Positions 9,110 through 18,018 of a stretch of 42,463 bases of DNA are shown here, piece after piece. Position 1 is the first letter of the stretch, and every line of letters starts with the position of its first letter. The translations under genes and the position numbers were made by a program. The stretch lies in the IMG/VR virus record IMGVR_UViG_3300032046_000067, positions 1 through 42,463 of that record, one strand, 5' to 3'. The notes beneath the pieces are model-generated. The model worked only from the letters and a program-made list of their open reading frames with translations, ran no database searches and had not been told where the DNA came from. This DNA comes from a virus. Taxonomy: Duplodnaviria; Caudoviricetes.

Positions 9110-9907
9110 TTAATCATTTATCCCTATTTCCTTCAGATTTTTCTCGCCGATTATTTTACATCTGAATACCCTGAATTTTCCATCACTGCCTATCGGGATA
9201 CAGGCAATATCTTCTTTTGTAAATTCAGCAATCAGGATTTTATAACCCTTTTTCCATTCTTTGATACACCAATCTAATGTCGCTAAATTGATGCCCTTCC
9301 CGCAATCTTTTAATTCGTCTGTATCCGCATCTTTTATTTCTACACTTTCCCCGACTTTATAAATCAAACCGCCATTATATATCCCCTCGTTTTTGCTATT
9401 GACGATTTTATATGCCCTAATAATTCCTGGTTGGTCTAACATTGCATAAAGCGGAGTAGTAATATATTTATTGATATTTTTGGCAGAGCGAAGGTCGGCA
9501 GAGTTAAGGTTGGCAAAGCTAAGGTTGGCAAAGCTAAGGTTGGCAGAGCTAAGGTCGGCAGAGCGAAGGTCGGCAGAGCGAAGGTTGGCAGAGCTAAGGT
9601 CGGCAGAGCGAAGGTCGGCAGAGTTAAGGTTGGCAAAGCGAAGGTCGGCAGAGTTAAGGTTGGCAAAGCGAAGGTCGGCAGAGTTAAGGTCGGCAGAGTT
9701 AAGGTCGGCAGAGTTAAGGTCGGCAGAGTTAAGGTCGGCAGAGCGAAGGTTGGCAGAGTTAAGGTCGGCAGAGCGAAGGTTGGCAAAGCTAAGGTCGGCA
9801 CGATAAAAACTCTTATTTTTATTTTTTTCTAAGCAATCCCTGATATTCTCGTATTCGCCACAAACAATTATTTCATTGTTATCCCATCTCTTGATTTCAA
9901 TTTTCAT
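9110..9907 (-). CDS. Pentapeptide-repeat protein with globular C-terminal domain
   Basis: About 21 A(D/N)L(S/R/N)(S/F) units. C-terminal domain has AYK, CGKGIN and DGKFRV motifs. AAGGAG RBS. Confidence 0.9.
   Translation of the reverse strand: MKIEIKRWDNNEIIVCGEYENIRDCLEKNKNKSFYRADLSFANLRSADLNSANLRSADLNSADLNSADLNSADLNSADLRFANLNSADLRFANLNSADLRSADLSSANLRSADLRSADLSSANLSFANLSFANLNSADLRSAKNINKYITTPLYAMLDQPGIIRAYKIVNSKNEGIYNGGLIYKVGESVEIKDADTDELKDCGKGINLATLDWCIKEWKKGYKILIAEFTKEDIACIPIGSDGKFRVFRCKIIGEKNLKEIGIND
9485..9799. repeat. 15-bp tandem repeat, about 21 copies (pentapeptide coding)
   Basis: Near-identical units of the form GGCA(G/A)AGnnAAGGT(C/T). Confidence 0.95.
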
Positions 9908-9978
9908 AAGTTTCTCCTTTCATCCCTTTCGGATTAGAACATTGGTTTAATTGTATCCCTGGCTCTTGGTAATAAGGA

Positions 9979-10194
9979 TTATTCATTTGTAGGATTTTTA
10001 CAAGCAAATCTATTATTCATAAAATCTTGAAATCCTTTCCAGCATTGCTCACATACATCCAATTCCATCTCACTACTACCTTGACTATCGTCATCGCGCC
10101 TAAACCAACCCCATTTTTTACGCCTACTATATCGGGCATAAATATGAGGTTCAGTTCTTTCGCATACATCACATTTATTTGTCCTCATTAGCAA
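9979..10194 (-). CDS. Small zinc-finger protein
   Basis: CDVC...CEQC, with AAGGAG RBS before TTG. Confidence 0.6.
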   Translation of the reverse strand: MLMRTNKCDVCERTEPHIYARYSRRKKWGWFRRDDDSQGSSEMELDVCEQCWKGFQDFMNNRFACKNPTNE

Positions 10195-10400
10195 TCTCCT
10201 TTTCTCTTTCTAATAACTGGTGAAAATAAATCCAATCTACAATTACATAATGTTTATCCATTTGGTAACCGTTTTTTAAAGCACTCCTAAAAGTTCCTTT
10301 AAATGATTTTTCTAAATTCTTGTCAATTTCGGTTAAATTTCTCATCCCCCCATCATCCTTTCCTATCGGAGGCAGATTATTTTAATTATCTCTTACAATT

Positions 10401-10592
10401 CTAATTAGGTTTATCATAAATTCCAAGTTTATCCAAAGCCAGAACACCATCTACCACTTGGCTACGCTCTGGTTTAGTAAGTCGCCGACCCTTAACTACC
10501 TTTGCTTTATGTAATAATGATTTAATCCTTTGACGTTGTTGGGGTTGCATATAATTACTATGCAAAGCATATGCAAAGCATAAGGATTGCAT
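10401..10592 (-). CDS. Hypothetical basic protein (start uncertain)
   Basis: ORF follows the putative origin and may be a separated C-terminal part of the initiator. Confidence 0.4.
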   Translation of the reverse strand: MQSLCFAYALHSNYMQPQQRQRIKSLLHKAKVVKGRRLTKPERSQVVDGVLALDKLGIYDKPN

Positions 10593-10690
10593 TAGCTTTG
10601 CTAAGCCACAATAAGTAAGTAAGTAAGTGGGTAAGTAATAGTATTAATACACATCTACCAGTTTTTAGATTTTTTAAAGTTTTTATATTT
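10545..10690. other. Putative replication origin (iteron-like repeats and AT-rich tract)
   Basis: TATGCAAAGCA x2, inverted TGCATA..TATGCA, (TAAG)n run and T-rich tract, directly after the initiator-like gene. Confidence 0.5.
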
Positions 10691-11051
10691 AATCTTCCCA
10701 TCTTTTTTGAGCAGCGGCTTGGCGTTTTGCCCTTAATCCATCTAATTGAGCCATTCTTTCAAGTAAGGATTCTGAATAAAAAAAACCATCTGCTTGGATA
10801 AGGAGTTCAAATTCATTTATGCAATCTTTAATAAAAGTTTTGGTTTCTTCTACTGGACATTTTAATTGTTCGGCCAAAGATTCCCAAACATATTTTTTTT
10901 CTTCCAGTTTATATCCCCTGCTTTCCCGTAAATTTTCAATGATAATCCAAAATCTACCATATCCTTCTATGCCATATTTATTAATTAACGCCTTACATTT
11001 GGGATCGTGTCTGGCGTTATAATCGTGGGTAAAATAATAAGCGTCTTTCAT
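10689..11051 (-). CDS. DUF4373/Lin1244-like replication initiator N-terminal domain
   Basis: YFTHDYNARHDPK, YGIEGYGRFWIIIE, FYSESLLERM and AAAQKRW. Confidence 0.8.
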   Translation of the reverse strand: MKDAYYFTHDYNARHDPKCKALINKYGIEGYGRFWIIIENLRESRGYKLEEKKYVWESLAEQLKCPVEETKTFIKDCINEFELLIQADGFFYSESLLERMAQLDGLRAKRQAAAQKRWED

Positions 11052-11324
11052 AGTTAAATAAAGCCCTATCCAAGCAAGGCAGATTACCTTTCTTGGCTTC
11101 TCTCATATTGCTCTTGATGTTTCTTATTACAAAAAAGAGCAGAATTAAAATTAAGAATTGTATTTACTATAAACTTATCTGCTTTAGTCGCCTGAAGCAA
11201 AGGTTTAGGTAATTCTTTACCACATTTCCAACAAAACGAAGTTGGATATAAATTAGGCATTTTTCTCCTTTAAATGATTATGTTCAGAAAGTTCTAAAAA
11301 TTCGCAATTTTTTTTTGATAGGTT

Positions 11325-11639
11325 CTAACATTTTTTTATCTGCCTCATCACTCCCGCAAGTTCGTCAGTATATATTTCAAATCTATCGTGGTCAAATGAG
11401 AATAAGTAATTCCCATTACCTACTCCGCCAGTAACTTTATTCCACCTCATCATATTATTCACCATAATTATCTCGCAGATTTCGTGGGTTAAAACCTGCC
11501 ATCTGCGTTCATAATCATAAGACTTGTCTATCTTGATAGTGTGATTATGCCAGTAGAAGCAACCGCCGGATATCTTTTTATCAAGGATGACTTTCCAGGT
11601 TACACCGCCGATGATTAGGGAATGGGGGAGGGATTTCAA
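11325..11639 (-). CDS. Zincin-like small phage protein (HExxE variant)
   Basis: GCF...TIKID...VLTHEICE pattern. Confidence 0.55.
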   Translation of the reverse strand: MKSLPHSLIIGGVTWKVILDKKISGGCFYWHNHTIKIDKSYDYERRWQVLTHEICEIIMVNNMMRWNKVTGGVGNGNYLFSFDHDRFEIYTDELAGVMRQIKKC

Positions 11640-12301
11640 AATAAACTCTCCATAGTTTGGTTTATTCTACGTTGGGCTATCTCAAAATATTTCGGTTCTA
11701 TTTCAATGCCGATAAAGTTCCTGCCTAACTCTTTGCAGGCGACTCCAGTTGTGCCTGAACCCATAAAAGGGTCAAGGATGGTGTCTGTTTCTTTACTACT
11801 TGCCAATATTAACCTCTTTATTATTGGAAGTGGTTTTTGTGTAGGGTGAGAATGCTCAAGAGGTCTTTGCATACAAGAAGTTGTAGTAAAATAATCTTTT
11901 TGATTTTCTGCAACATTGAAATAAAAATCATCACTCATCACTTTCCAAAAAATAAGTTCAGTAAAACAATGGTATCCTTTTCTATTTTTTACCATCATTG
12001 CAAAAGGTTTAGTCCAATAAATAAGTTGCCTGAAATCCCCAAAAATATCAATCATAGGTTTTAAGTGGGTCATTCCTGCCCAAAACATATACATCCCCCC
12101 CCCGCAAGGATTTATTACTCTATTGGCTTCTGCAAGCCACTCATTATGAAACTCTTTATCAAAAACCTTGCCTTCGTTCCATTCTCCAAATTGTTTTCCA
12201 ACATTATACGGCGGGTCAGTAAGCACTAAGTCTATTGACTTGTCAGGTATCTTCTTCATTTCAATAAGGCAATCGCCGAGGATTAGTTTGATTTCGGACA
12301 T
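11636..12301 (-). CDS. DNA N4-cytosine/N6-adenine methyltransferase (beta class)
   Basis: GDC, LTDPPY, HPTQKP and LDPFMGSGTTG. Confidence 0.93.
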   Translation of the reverse strand: MSEIKLILGDCLIEMKKIPDKSIDLVLTDPPYNVGKQFGEWNEGKVFDKEFHNEWLAEANRVINPCGGGMYMFWAGMTHLKPMIDIFGDFRQLIYWTKPFAMMVKNRKGYHCFTELIFWKVMSDDFYFNVAENQKDYFTTTSCMQRPLEHSHPTQKPLPIIKRLILASSKETDTILDPFMGSGTTGVACKELGRNFIGIEIEPKYFEIAQRRINQTMESLF

Positions 12302-12608
12302 TTTACAAAAAGCATTTTAATTAACCAGAAACATAGTTTATATTTCCAGAACCATAAAAATCTATTATTTCTGATATATATTTCTGGGATACGAAGTTCA
12401 TAAATTAAGTAATGGTCAGAATTATATCTTTTGGTTATAAAGGGTCTTATTTTTCTATCCATCTTTCAATTTCTCCATTCATTTTATATGCCTCACTGCT
12501 ATTACTATTCCCATCGCTGATATCCAGTAAAGGCACATCCACCATTTGCCCTCTATTGCCGAGGCAATCAATATCATAAGATAAAAAATAAGTAATAAGT
12601 AGATAAGG

Positions 12609-12863
12609 TTAGTGGACATTATTTTCTCTCTGCAAAGAATACTCCCAAGTATGTTTGCAATTTATTTTAGGGCGTTTGGTAATTATAAACCCTTCACTTC
12701 TTAATTCTCTTAATCTCTGCGCCCAAGATAAATGCCCCTCTGTTTTTGGGGGGAAGATTTTTTCAAAATCATCGCAATAAACCCATTCCTTACTCTTGAG
12801 TAAATCCAAGACTTTAGATTTGACGGAAGTTTCCTTAACAAACAAATCTTGAGTTAATGGCAT
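12609..12863 (-). CDS. Winged-HTH protein
   Basis: KVLDLLK...QRLRELRSEGFII...WEYSL. Confidence 0.65.
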   Translation of the reverse strand: MPLTQDLFVKETSVKSKVLDLLKSKEWVYCDDFEKIFPPKTEGHLSWAQRLRELRSEGFIITKRPKINCKHTWEYSLQRENNVH

Positions 12864-12868
12864 TTAAG

Positions 12869-13540
12869 TTAATAACTTCTTCCTATCCGCACCTTTTCCA
12901 TTTTGAATATTACCCCTGGGATTGATGCTTTTCCTTTAGTATTCTGGGCGTGTTTATCTAATGCCGATTGATTAGGCAACTTCCAAGAATCAGGTAATTT
13001 CTTAAAATCAATTACCTCGGCGTGCCATACATCTCGAGTTCCCTGGCCATCTACTTTGGGGATATTGGCGGTAATAACTGGGGCAACTATTGCCTCGGCC
13101 TTTTCTTGATAAGCGGCAGCCTTTTCTGTTTTACCCTGGGCTTCAAGTTCTTTTGCTTTGGCTTCAGCCTTTTCCCTGGCCTTGCGTGCTTCTTCCTCGG
13201 CTTTTGCCTGTGCTTCCCTGGCCTTACGCTCTTGTTCTTCCTCAAAGGCCAATGTCGCCTTATCAACAACAATAACCCCTTCATTAAGCCGGTCAATAAT
13301 AGGGTTGAATAACGCCATTATATTTTTCTTGGCAAGGTCAAGAGGTTGTGTGATAGATTTTCTTCTTTCGTCTAATTCCTTAATCTTTCCCTTTAATCTC
13401 ATTCGTAATATTCCGGCTAATTCATAATCGCTTGGGGTTCTGACTATAATCGCCTGTGCTTCCTTGACGATTATGGCAGTTTCTTTTTCAGTCTGTTTTA
13501 CGATTGATATGTCAATTGGTTTAATATTTATGGTTTCCAT
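12869..13540 (-). CDS. Coiled-coil protein of the recombination module
   Basis: RKSITQPLD, long E/K/A helix and C-terminal IPGV. Typical neighbour of phage exonuclease and annealing genes. Confidence 0.65.
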   Translation of the reverse strand: METINIKPIDISIVKQTEKETAIIVKEAQAIIVRTPSDYELAGILRMRLKGKIKELDERRKSITQPLDLAKKNIMALFNPIIDRLNEGVIVVDKATLAFEEEQERKAREAQAKAEEEARKAREKAEAKAKELEAQGKTEKAAAYQEKAEAIVAPVITANIPKVDGQGTRDVWHAEVIDFKKLPDSWKLPNQSALDKHAQNTKGKASIPGVIFKMEKVRIGRSY

Positions 13541-14154
13541 AATTTATTCTCCTTTTTAAACTGATTTAATATTACTGCACTTAACCATATCCTTTCATCT
13601 GAAAGTTTATTATGAAACTCAAGTTTATAACTATTGGGCAATAACTGTATAGCCATTCTTTGCTTGATTTTTAACCCTGTTTGTTCCTCAATAGCTATTT
13701 TCTGGGCGACAGTCTGTATCTTTGTGCCTGGGGGTAAAGAAGTTGAAAACTTAATCTCATAAACGGTCAATTTTCCATTTACCTTTGCTACCCTGTCTGG
13801 CTTAACCCCATATTTCCAAATTAAAGAATATGTCGGTTTCTCTATCCATTCAAGAATTATCTTAACCTTAAAATCTTTGAGAAACTTTTTATAACCTTCA
13901 AAAAATGGAATAAGGGGTTCAGATACCGTCTTAATATCAAGAACACCCTTATCCCATAATTCGGTCATCTTGTGTCCGGCTTGGCCAAATTCCCTATCAG
14001 AATCATCAGCATAGGAATAATCGGTTATTCCCTCAGCCTGTAAAATTTGAGTTACACTCGGAAGTCGTATTCCATTTAATAAATATTGATGGTTTAATTC
14101 ATCAAAGGTAAAATTATTCTCCTGCTTCATTCTCGCCTTTTTCAAGGATTTCAA
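13528..14154 (-). CDS. PD-(D/E)XK phage exonuclease (Cas4/RecE-like)
   Basis: HQYLLNG, PSVTQIL, GQAGH, E..., GVKPDR, EIK and Q..AQ. Confidence 0.8.
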   Translation of the reverse strand: MKSLKKARMKQENNFTFDELNHQYLLNGIRLPSVTQILQAEGITDYSYADDSDREFGQAGHKMTELWDKGVLDIKTVSEPLIPFFEGYKKFLKDFKVKIILEWIEKPTYSLIWKYGVKPDRVAKVNGKLTVYEIKFSTSLPPGTKIQTVAQKIAIEEQTGLKIKQRMAIQLLPNSYKLEFHNKLSDERIWLSAVILNQFKKENKLWKP

Positions 14155-15133
14155 TACCCTGGGCTAAATATGTCTTTTTATCCTGATATTCCTGGACAAC
14201 TACGCCAATGAATTTAACCGTATCACCATTGGCAAGTCCTTCGTGGAGTTTTCCGAATTTAGCAATTTCTATTATCTTAGTAGAATCCCTGGGAGAAACC
14301 TTATAGAAAGTTACATCCTTTTTGTTTTTGGTGACTATGGATTTATTACCAAAAAGGATACCCCAAACATCAAAGGTATTGCCTATGGGTTCTTTTAATG
14401 CCTCAAGAACATTTAGGGCTTCTATTTCTTCGGCATTAAATACCTCTTCGGCGGTTTCCTGTTCGGTGGATTTTTCTTTTCTGGCCTTTGGGGTTTCTAC
14501 CGAGGGTTTATGATTTGCAACTGTATCATTATTCAATATCTCTGGTGGCAAATCTTCGATATCCTGGTCAAATACATCAGAGGCCGCAGTAGTTATCAAG
14601 GTTACAGCTACAACAGCACGCTTGACCGACATTTTTAAAATCGTATTGCCTACATCTGCCGGATTTGTCCGTATGCGCTTTATTTTTATTGCCTTTCCTT
14701 CGCTTTTAATCCATTTTTCCATACGCCTATCTTCCGGGGTTTCTTTAAATTCCTCATCACATACCGGCCTGCGCCATTTATATTTATCCTCATCAGAGGA
14801 ACATTCACCGGAAGCCGCCCCCATAAGTTGGCCTGTAGGACTAAGTATTCTTTGAGTAACCCGATAACGGATATATTCATCAGTAGACAAATCCTCAATA
14901 ATCGGATTATCAGCAACAAGATGAAAAGTCATTAAGATTTTCTCTGCCCCAGGTTTCAATAATGAGGGTTTCTTGCAACCTGGAATAATCCCATAATGAA
15001 TATCCTTTTTCATTACGGAGTTCATTACTTCCTGAATCATATTGACCTGCGCCCTGATTTCATTTGCCCTTGCCGACTGATTCTTTAATGCTTTCGTTTT
15101 TTCTACCATCTTACCTCTCCCTTCGTTTAACAC
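14114..15133 (-). CDS. Putative single-strand annealing/recombination protein with C-terminal OB-like domain
   Basis: HYGIIPG.KKPSLLKPGAEKI, NTILKMSVKRA and FDQDIED. Adjacent to the exonuclease. Confidence 0.65.
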   Translation of the reverse strand: MLNEGRGKMVEKTKALKNQSARANEIRAQVNMIQEVMNSVMKKDIHYGIIPGCKKPSLLKPGAEKILMTFHLVADNPIIEDLSTDEYIRYRVTQRILSPTGQLMGAASGECSSDEDKYKWRRPVCDEEFKETPEDRRMEKWIKSEGKAIKIKRIRTNPADVGNTILKMSVKRAVVAVTLITTAASDVFDQDIEDLPPEILNNDTVANHKPSVETPKARKEKSTEQETAEEVFNAEEIEALNVLEALKEPIGNTFDVWGILFGNKSIVTKNKKDVTFYKVSPRDSTKIIEIAKFGKLHEGLANGDTVKFIGVVVQEYQDKKTYLAQGIEILEKGENEAGE

Positions 15134-15325
15134 CCTATTAAACTTGCTACTCCAACAGGGAATTGTTTTTTATATTCATTGTGCCACTTTTTTCCTGCGC
15201 GTATGCGATACATTACCATTAAATCCGGGCATCGTCTTAATAAACATACTTTATTTGCCTTAGAGATACCCACTATTTTTCCTTGCTGACAGGAATACCT
15301 GCCCAATATTCACCTCCTTTTTTAC

Positions 15326-15817
15326 TTATTTCTTTAGGTGGGTTAATCTCACAAATCCCAAAAGGTTTTTAATGTTATTCCTGTTATAAATAACTCGTCG
15401 GATTTTTGCGGGGTATTCTCCCAGATTACCCTCTATTGTAGTAATCTTCTCTCGAGTAACCTTTTCTATAATGCCAATATGACCACCTTCTCGTCGAGAA
15501 AATATGATTAAATCTCCTACTTTAATGCTTGAGGCATTTATTAACTTACCTAACTTCAAAAAATCTTTGGCTCGTAATGTATAGGGAATATTCAATTCTG
15601 CTTTTTTTATGCAATAAGAAATAAATCCAGCACACCAGGGAAAATTTTCTCTACCATTCAAATATTGCCTTACATACTTGCCCTGATTATTACCGCCCAT
15701 CTCACCCAAACCGATTTGAGATTGTGCGATAGACAATGGGGTAGTATCCCCCCACCCCTTACCAATAAAAAGGAAGAACAGAAATAAGGTAATAAGTAAG
15801 ATAGATTTTATTTGCAT
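15326..15817 (-). CDS. Signal-peptide CHAP-domain peptidoglycan hydrolase
   Basis: Hydrophobic signal, catalytic PWCA, GDLIIF, GGHIG and IEGN. Confidence 0.85.
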   Translation of the reverse strand: MQIKSILLITLFLFFLFIGKGWGDTTPLSIAQSQIGLGEMGGNNQGKYVRQYLNGRENFPWCAGFISYCIKKAELNIPYTLRAKDFLKLGKLINASSIKVGDLIIFSRREGGHIGIIEKVTREKITTIEGNLGEYPAKIRRVIYNRNNIKNLLGFVRLTHLKK

Positions 15818-15844
15818 AATTTCCTCCCCTTTTTCTCGAATTTC

Positions 15845-16690
15845 TCATTCTAAGAAATTCTTATCTTCGGATATTTCTTTTTCTGCGCTGGTAAGACCGT
15901 TCAAATTCAGCGAGCCGCCTATCTCTTTCGGCAGCACTAAATCTTTGGCGCTGGTAAGACCGTTCAAATTCAGCGAGCCACCTATCTCTTTCGGTAGCAC
16001 TAAATCCTTGGCGCTGGTAAGCCCGTTTAAATACAGCCAGCCGCCTATTTTTTTCGGCAGCACTAAATCCTTGGCGCTGGTAAGCCTGTTTAAATACAGC
16101 CAGCCACCTATCTCTTTCGGTAGCACTAAATCTTTGGCGCTGGTAAGGCCGCTCAAATCCAGCCAGCCGCCTATCTCTTTCGGCAGCACTAAATCTTTGG
16201 CGCTGGTAAGGCCGCTCAAATTCAGCCAGCCGCCTATCTCTTTCGGCAGCACTAAATCTTTGGCGCTGGTAAGGCCGTTCAAATTCAGCGAGCCGCCTAT
16301 CTCTTTCGGCAGCACTAAATCTTTGGCGCTGGTAAGGCCGCTCAAATTCAGCCAGTCGCCTATCTCTTTCGGCAGCACTAAATCTTTGGCGCTGGTAAGG
16401 CCGTTCAAATTCAGCGAGCCGCCCTTATAACTTTCCTGCTTAAACACCCAATTTAAAAAACTTATAAAAGTAGGAAAGCGATTTTTGAATTTTTCCTCAC
16501 ATTCGATTTTATCTACCTTATCATTAGGATTAAATCTCAATTCAAATTTTCCGTTGGGTAGATAATGACCTTCCCGCCAGATGTTCAGATTAAGTTTAAG
16601 TTTTTGTTCTGTATTTCCGTGGGAGTTCAAGTCGTGGATTACTATATCGCCTGTTGTTGGTGAATGGAAAAAACTGGCAAATTCACACAT
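15845..16690 (-). CDS. Leucine-rich-repeat-like protein (21-aa repeats)
   Basis: Eight full and one partial GGxLxLxGLTSAKDLVLPKEI units after an N-terminal MCEFASF...SHG domain. AAGGAG RBS. Confidence 0.85.
   Translation of the reverse strand: MCEFASFFHSPTTGDIVIHDLNSHGNTEQKLKLNLNIWREGHYLPNGKFELRFNPNDKVDKIECEEKFKNRFPTFISFLNWVFKQESYKGGSLNLNGLTSAKDLVLPKEIGDWLNLSGLTSAKDLVLPKEIGGSLNLNGLTSAKDLVLPKEIGGWLNLSGLTSAKDLVLPKEIGGWLDLSGLTSAKDLVLPKEIGGWLYLNRLTSAKDLVLPKKIGGWLYLNGLTSAKDLVLPKEIGGSLNLNGLTSAKDLVLPKEIGGSLNLNGLTSAEKEISEDKNFLE
15885..16423. repeat. 63-bp tandem repeat, about 8.5 copies
   Basis: GCACTAAATC(T/C)TTGGCGCTGGTAAG recurs with a 63-nt period. Confidence 0.95.
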
Positions 16691-16927
16691 TTTTAACTCC
16701 TTTCTTTTTTAGTTTGTTTAGCGTGGTGTTCCTGTTTCTCTTTTAGGATAATTAAAGTCCAGGCATAGATACTTTCGGCGTGGAATTTACTGCAATGGAT
16801 GAGTTTATTTAAGGTCATCTTCTCCTCCTCATTACCTTAATTTTTTCCAGATGCCTCACACCCTCATAATCAGCCTCACTCTTATCCCTTTTGGATAATT
16901 TGAAGTGGGACATCCAGTTGGGTTTTT

Positions 16928-17068
16928 TCATAGGGAATAAAAACCCTCAGTCGTCTTTCGCACCGGCAGATTAAAATCTTTCGGTTGTCGCAGGTCGCCC
17001 TTTTGACACGCTGAGGGTTGGTTTATAAAATAAAAAATTCTGCTTTCACCTGCGAAAGTTTCGGTCAT
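16928..17068 (-). CDS. Possible 46-aa leader ORF overlying the RNA element
   Basis: AAGGAG RBS and MTETFAGESRIFYF...EGFYSL, open through the whole structure. Confidence 0.4.
   Translation of the reverse strand: MTETFAGESRIFYFINQPSACQKGDLRQPKDFNLPVRKTTEGFYSL
16942..17019 (-). ncRNA. Putative C4/CI-like structured antisense RNA
   Basis: 78-nt element closed by AACCCTCAG/CTGAGGGTT with internal hairpins. Segments ACCTGCGA and TGCGAAAG are both complementary to upstream CTTTCGCAGGT (17048-17058). Confidence 0.5.
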
Positions 17069-17131
17069 TTCTGTCTTACTCCTTGTTTGACATATTTTCT
17101 TTACTTACTTAATACTGATTGATAATGAATA

Positions 17132-17160
17132 ATCTTATACCTAAAAAATAATTTTGTCAA
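17132..17160 (-). promoter_or_regulatory. Early-operon sigma70-type promoter
   Basis: TTGACA-17 nt-TAAGAT. The -35 overlaps the HTH gene stop codon. Confidence 0.7.
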
Positions 17161-17438
17161 GATAATCTTTTCTGTTTATCTATCGCCCTATGTATCTTCA
17201 CTTTTGTATCCTGTATGAGTGCGGGTGAGGGTTCAAGAGCAAATTTTGTTTTTTTAGTTATATGTCCTATCCAAATTCTTTTCAGTAATTTTAATTCAGT
17301 AAAGGAAGGATTGAATTTTCCTAATCGCCACCTATAAATAGTAATTGCCTTAACGCCTAACTTATCCGCTATCTTCTCGTCGGAAATATTAAAATCTTTT
17401 CTTAATTGTTCAAGAATTATTTGGGCTTCTGTTCTCAT
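17157..17438 (-). CDS. XRE-family HTH regulator (Cro/repressor-like)
   Basis: ISDEKIADKLGVKAITIYRWRLGKFNPS. Confidence 0.85.
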   Translation of the reverse strand: MRTEAQIILEQLRKDFNISDEKIADKLGVKAITIYRWRLGKFNPSFTELKLLKRIWIGHITKKTKFALEPSPALIQDTKVKIHRAIDKQKRLS

Positions 17439-17447
17439 CTTGGCTAA

Positions 17448-17476
17448 AGTATATCATAATGAAGTCATTATGTCAA
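17448..17476 (-). promoter_or_regulatory. Near-consensus promoter with embedded operator
   Basis: TTGACA-17 nt-TATACT with palindrome CATAATGA-nn-TCATTATG at 17455-17472. The -10 lies 9 nt from the ATG with no RBS. Confidence 0.88.
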
Positions 17477-17511
17477 CTCAATAATCTAACTTTTTTTCTG
17501 TTAACAGGGGA

Positions 17512-17733
17512 TTAAGATTTGAGGTGTCTTTTGATAGGTTTTCCTGAAGGTAAATAAATCTGTTTTCCGGTGCAGGTGCATACAAACATCCTTCCCATTG
17601 CCTTAATTGGTTTATTGCAGACAGGGCATAAGCCGTGAACGGCTTTATCAAACCCCTGTTCTTTCATTGTCGGTTTCCTATGATACCCGAATATTACGGA
17701 AGGGTCAGAAGTTTCGTTAGAGGATTTTATCAC
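17512..17733 (-). CDS. Small zinc-ribbon protein
   Basis: CPVC...CTC. Start uncertain. Confidence 0.5.
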   Translation of the reverse strand: MIKSSNETSDPSVIFGYHRKPTMKEQGFDKAVHGLCPVCNKPIKAMGRMFVCTCTGKQIYLPSGKPIKRHLKS

Positions 17734-18009
17734 TTAACTATGTGCCCAAAAGTGCCAGAGTAAACTTAACCAAGCAATTTGCATAAAAATTATAATCAAT
17801 AATGCCTTCGTTTTATTTGTCCTTTTTAAATCCCAGAATTTCTGGCTTATGCTCTTTCCCGTAGTCTTTACTGCCAGAAACTCAATTACACCGAAGCAAC
17901 AGAAGAATATCGCAAATACACCGAATAGCCACCATTGACCGAAAAGTGCCGGCGGGATTAAAAAACCACCTGCCAGTAATATTACAAAAATTATCTCGCC
18001 TATTGCCAT
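17734..18009 (-). CDS. Small three-TM membrane protein
   Basis: Three hydrophobic segments and AAGGAGG RBS. Confidence 0.7.
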   Translation of the reverse strand: MAIGEIIFVILLAGGFLIPPALFGQWWLFGVFAIFFCCFGVIEFLAVKTTGKSISQKFWDLKRTNKTKALLIIIFMQIAWLSLLWHFWAHS

Positions 18010-18018
18010 AATGCCTCC

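Noticed and set aside
9436-9806. Alternative-frame and plus-strand ORFs over the repeats (also 15945..16430)
   Set aside because: These are shadows of stop-free tandem repeats, with no RBS or independent support.
10545-10690. Invertible segment controlled by the serine recombinase
   Set aside because: No flanking inverted repeats found. The repeats fit an origin better.
9485-16423. Diversity-generating retroelement, suggested by AAY-codon variation in the pentapeptide and LRR repeats
   Set aside because: No reverse transcriptase and no separate template repeat. Variation also includes non-adenine positions (TCT/TTT, TCG/TGG).
15885-16423. CRISPR array (period of about 63 bp)
   Set aside because: The whole unit is repeated with no unique spacers, it encodes an in-frame protein repeat, and no cas genes are present.
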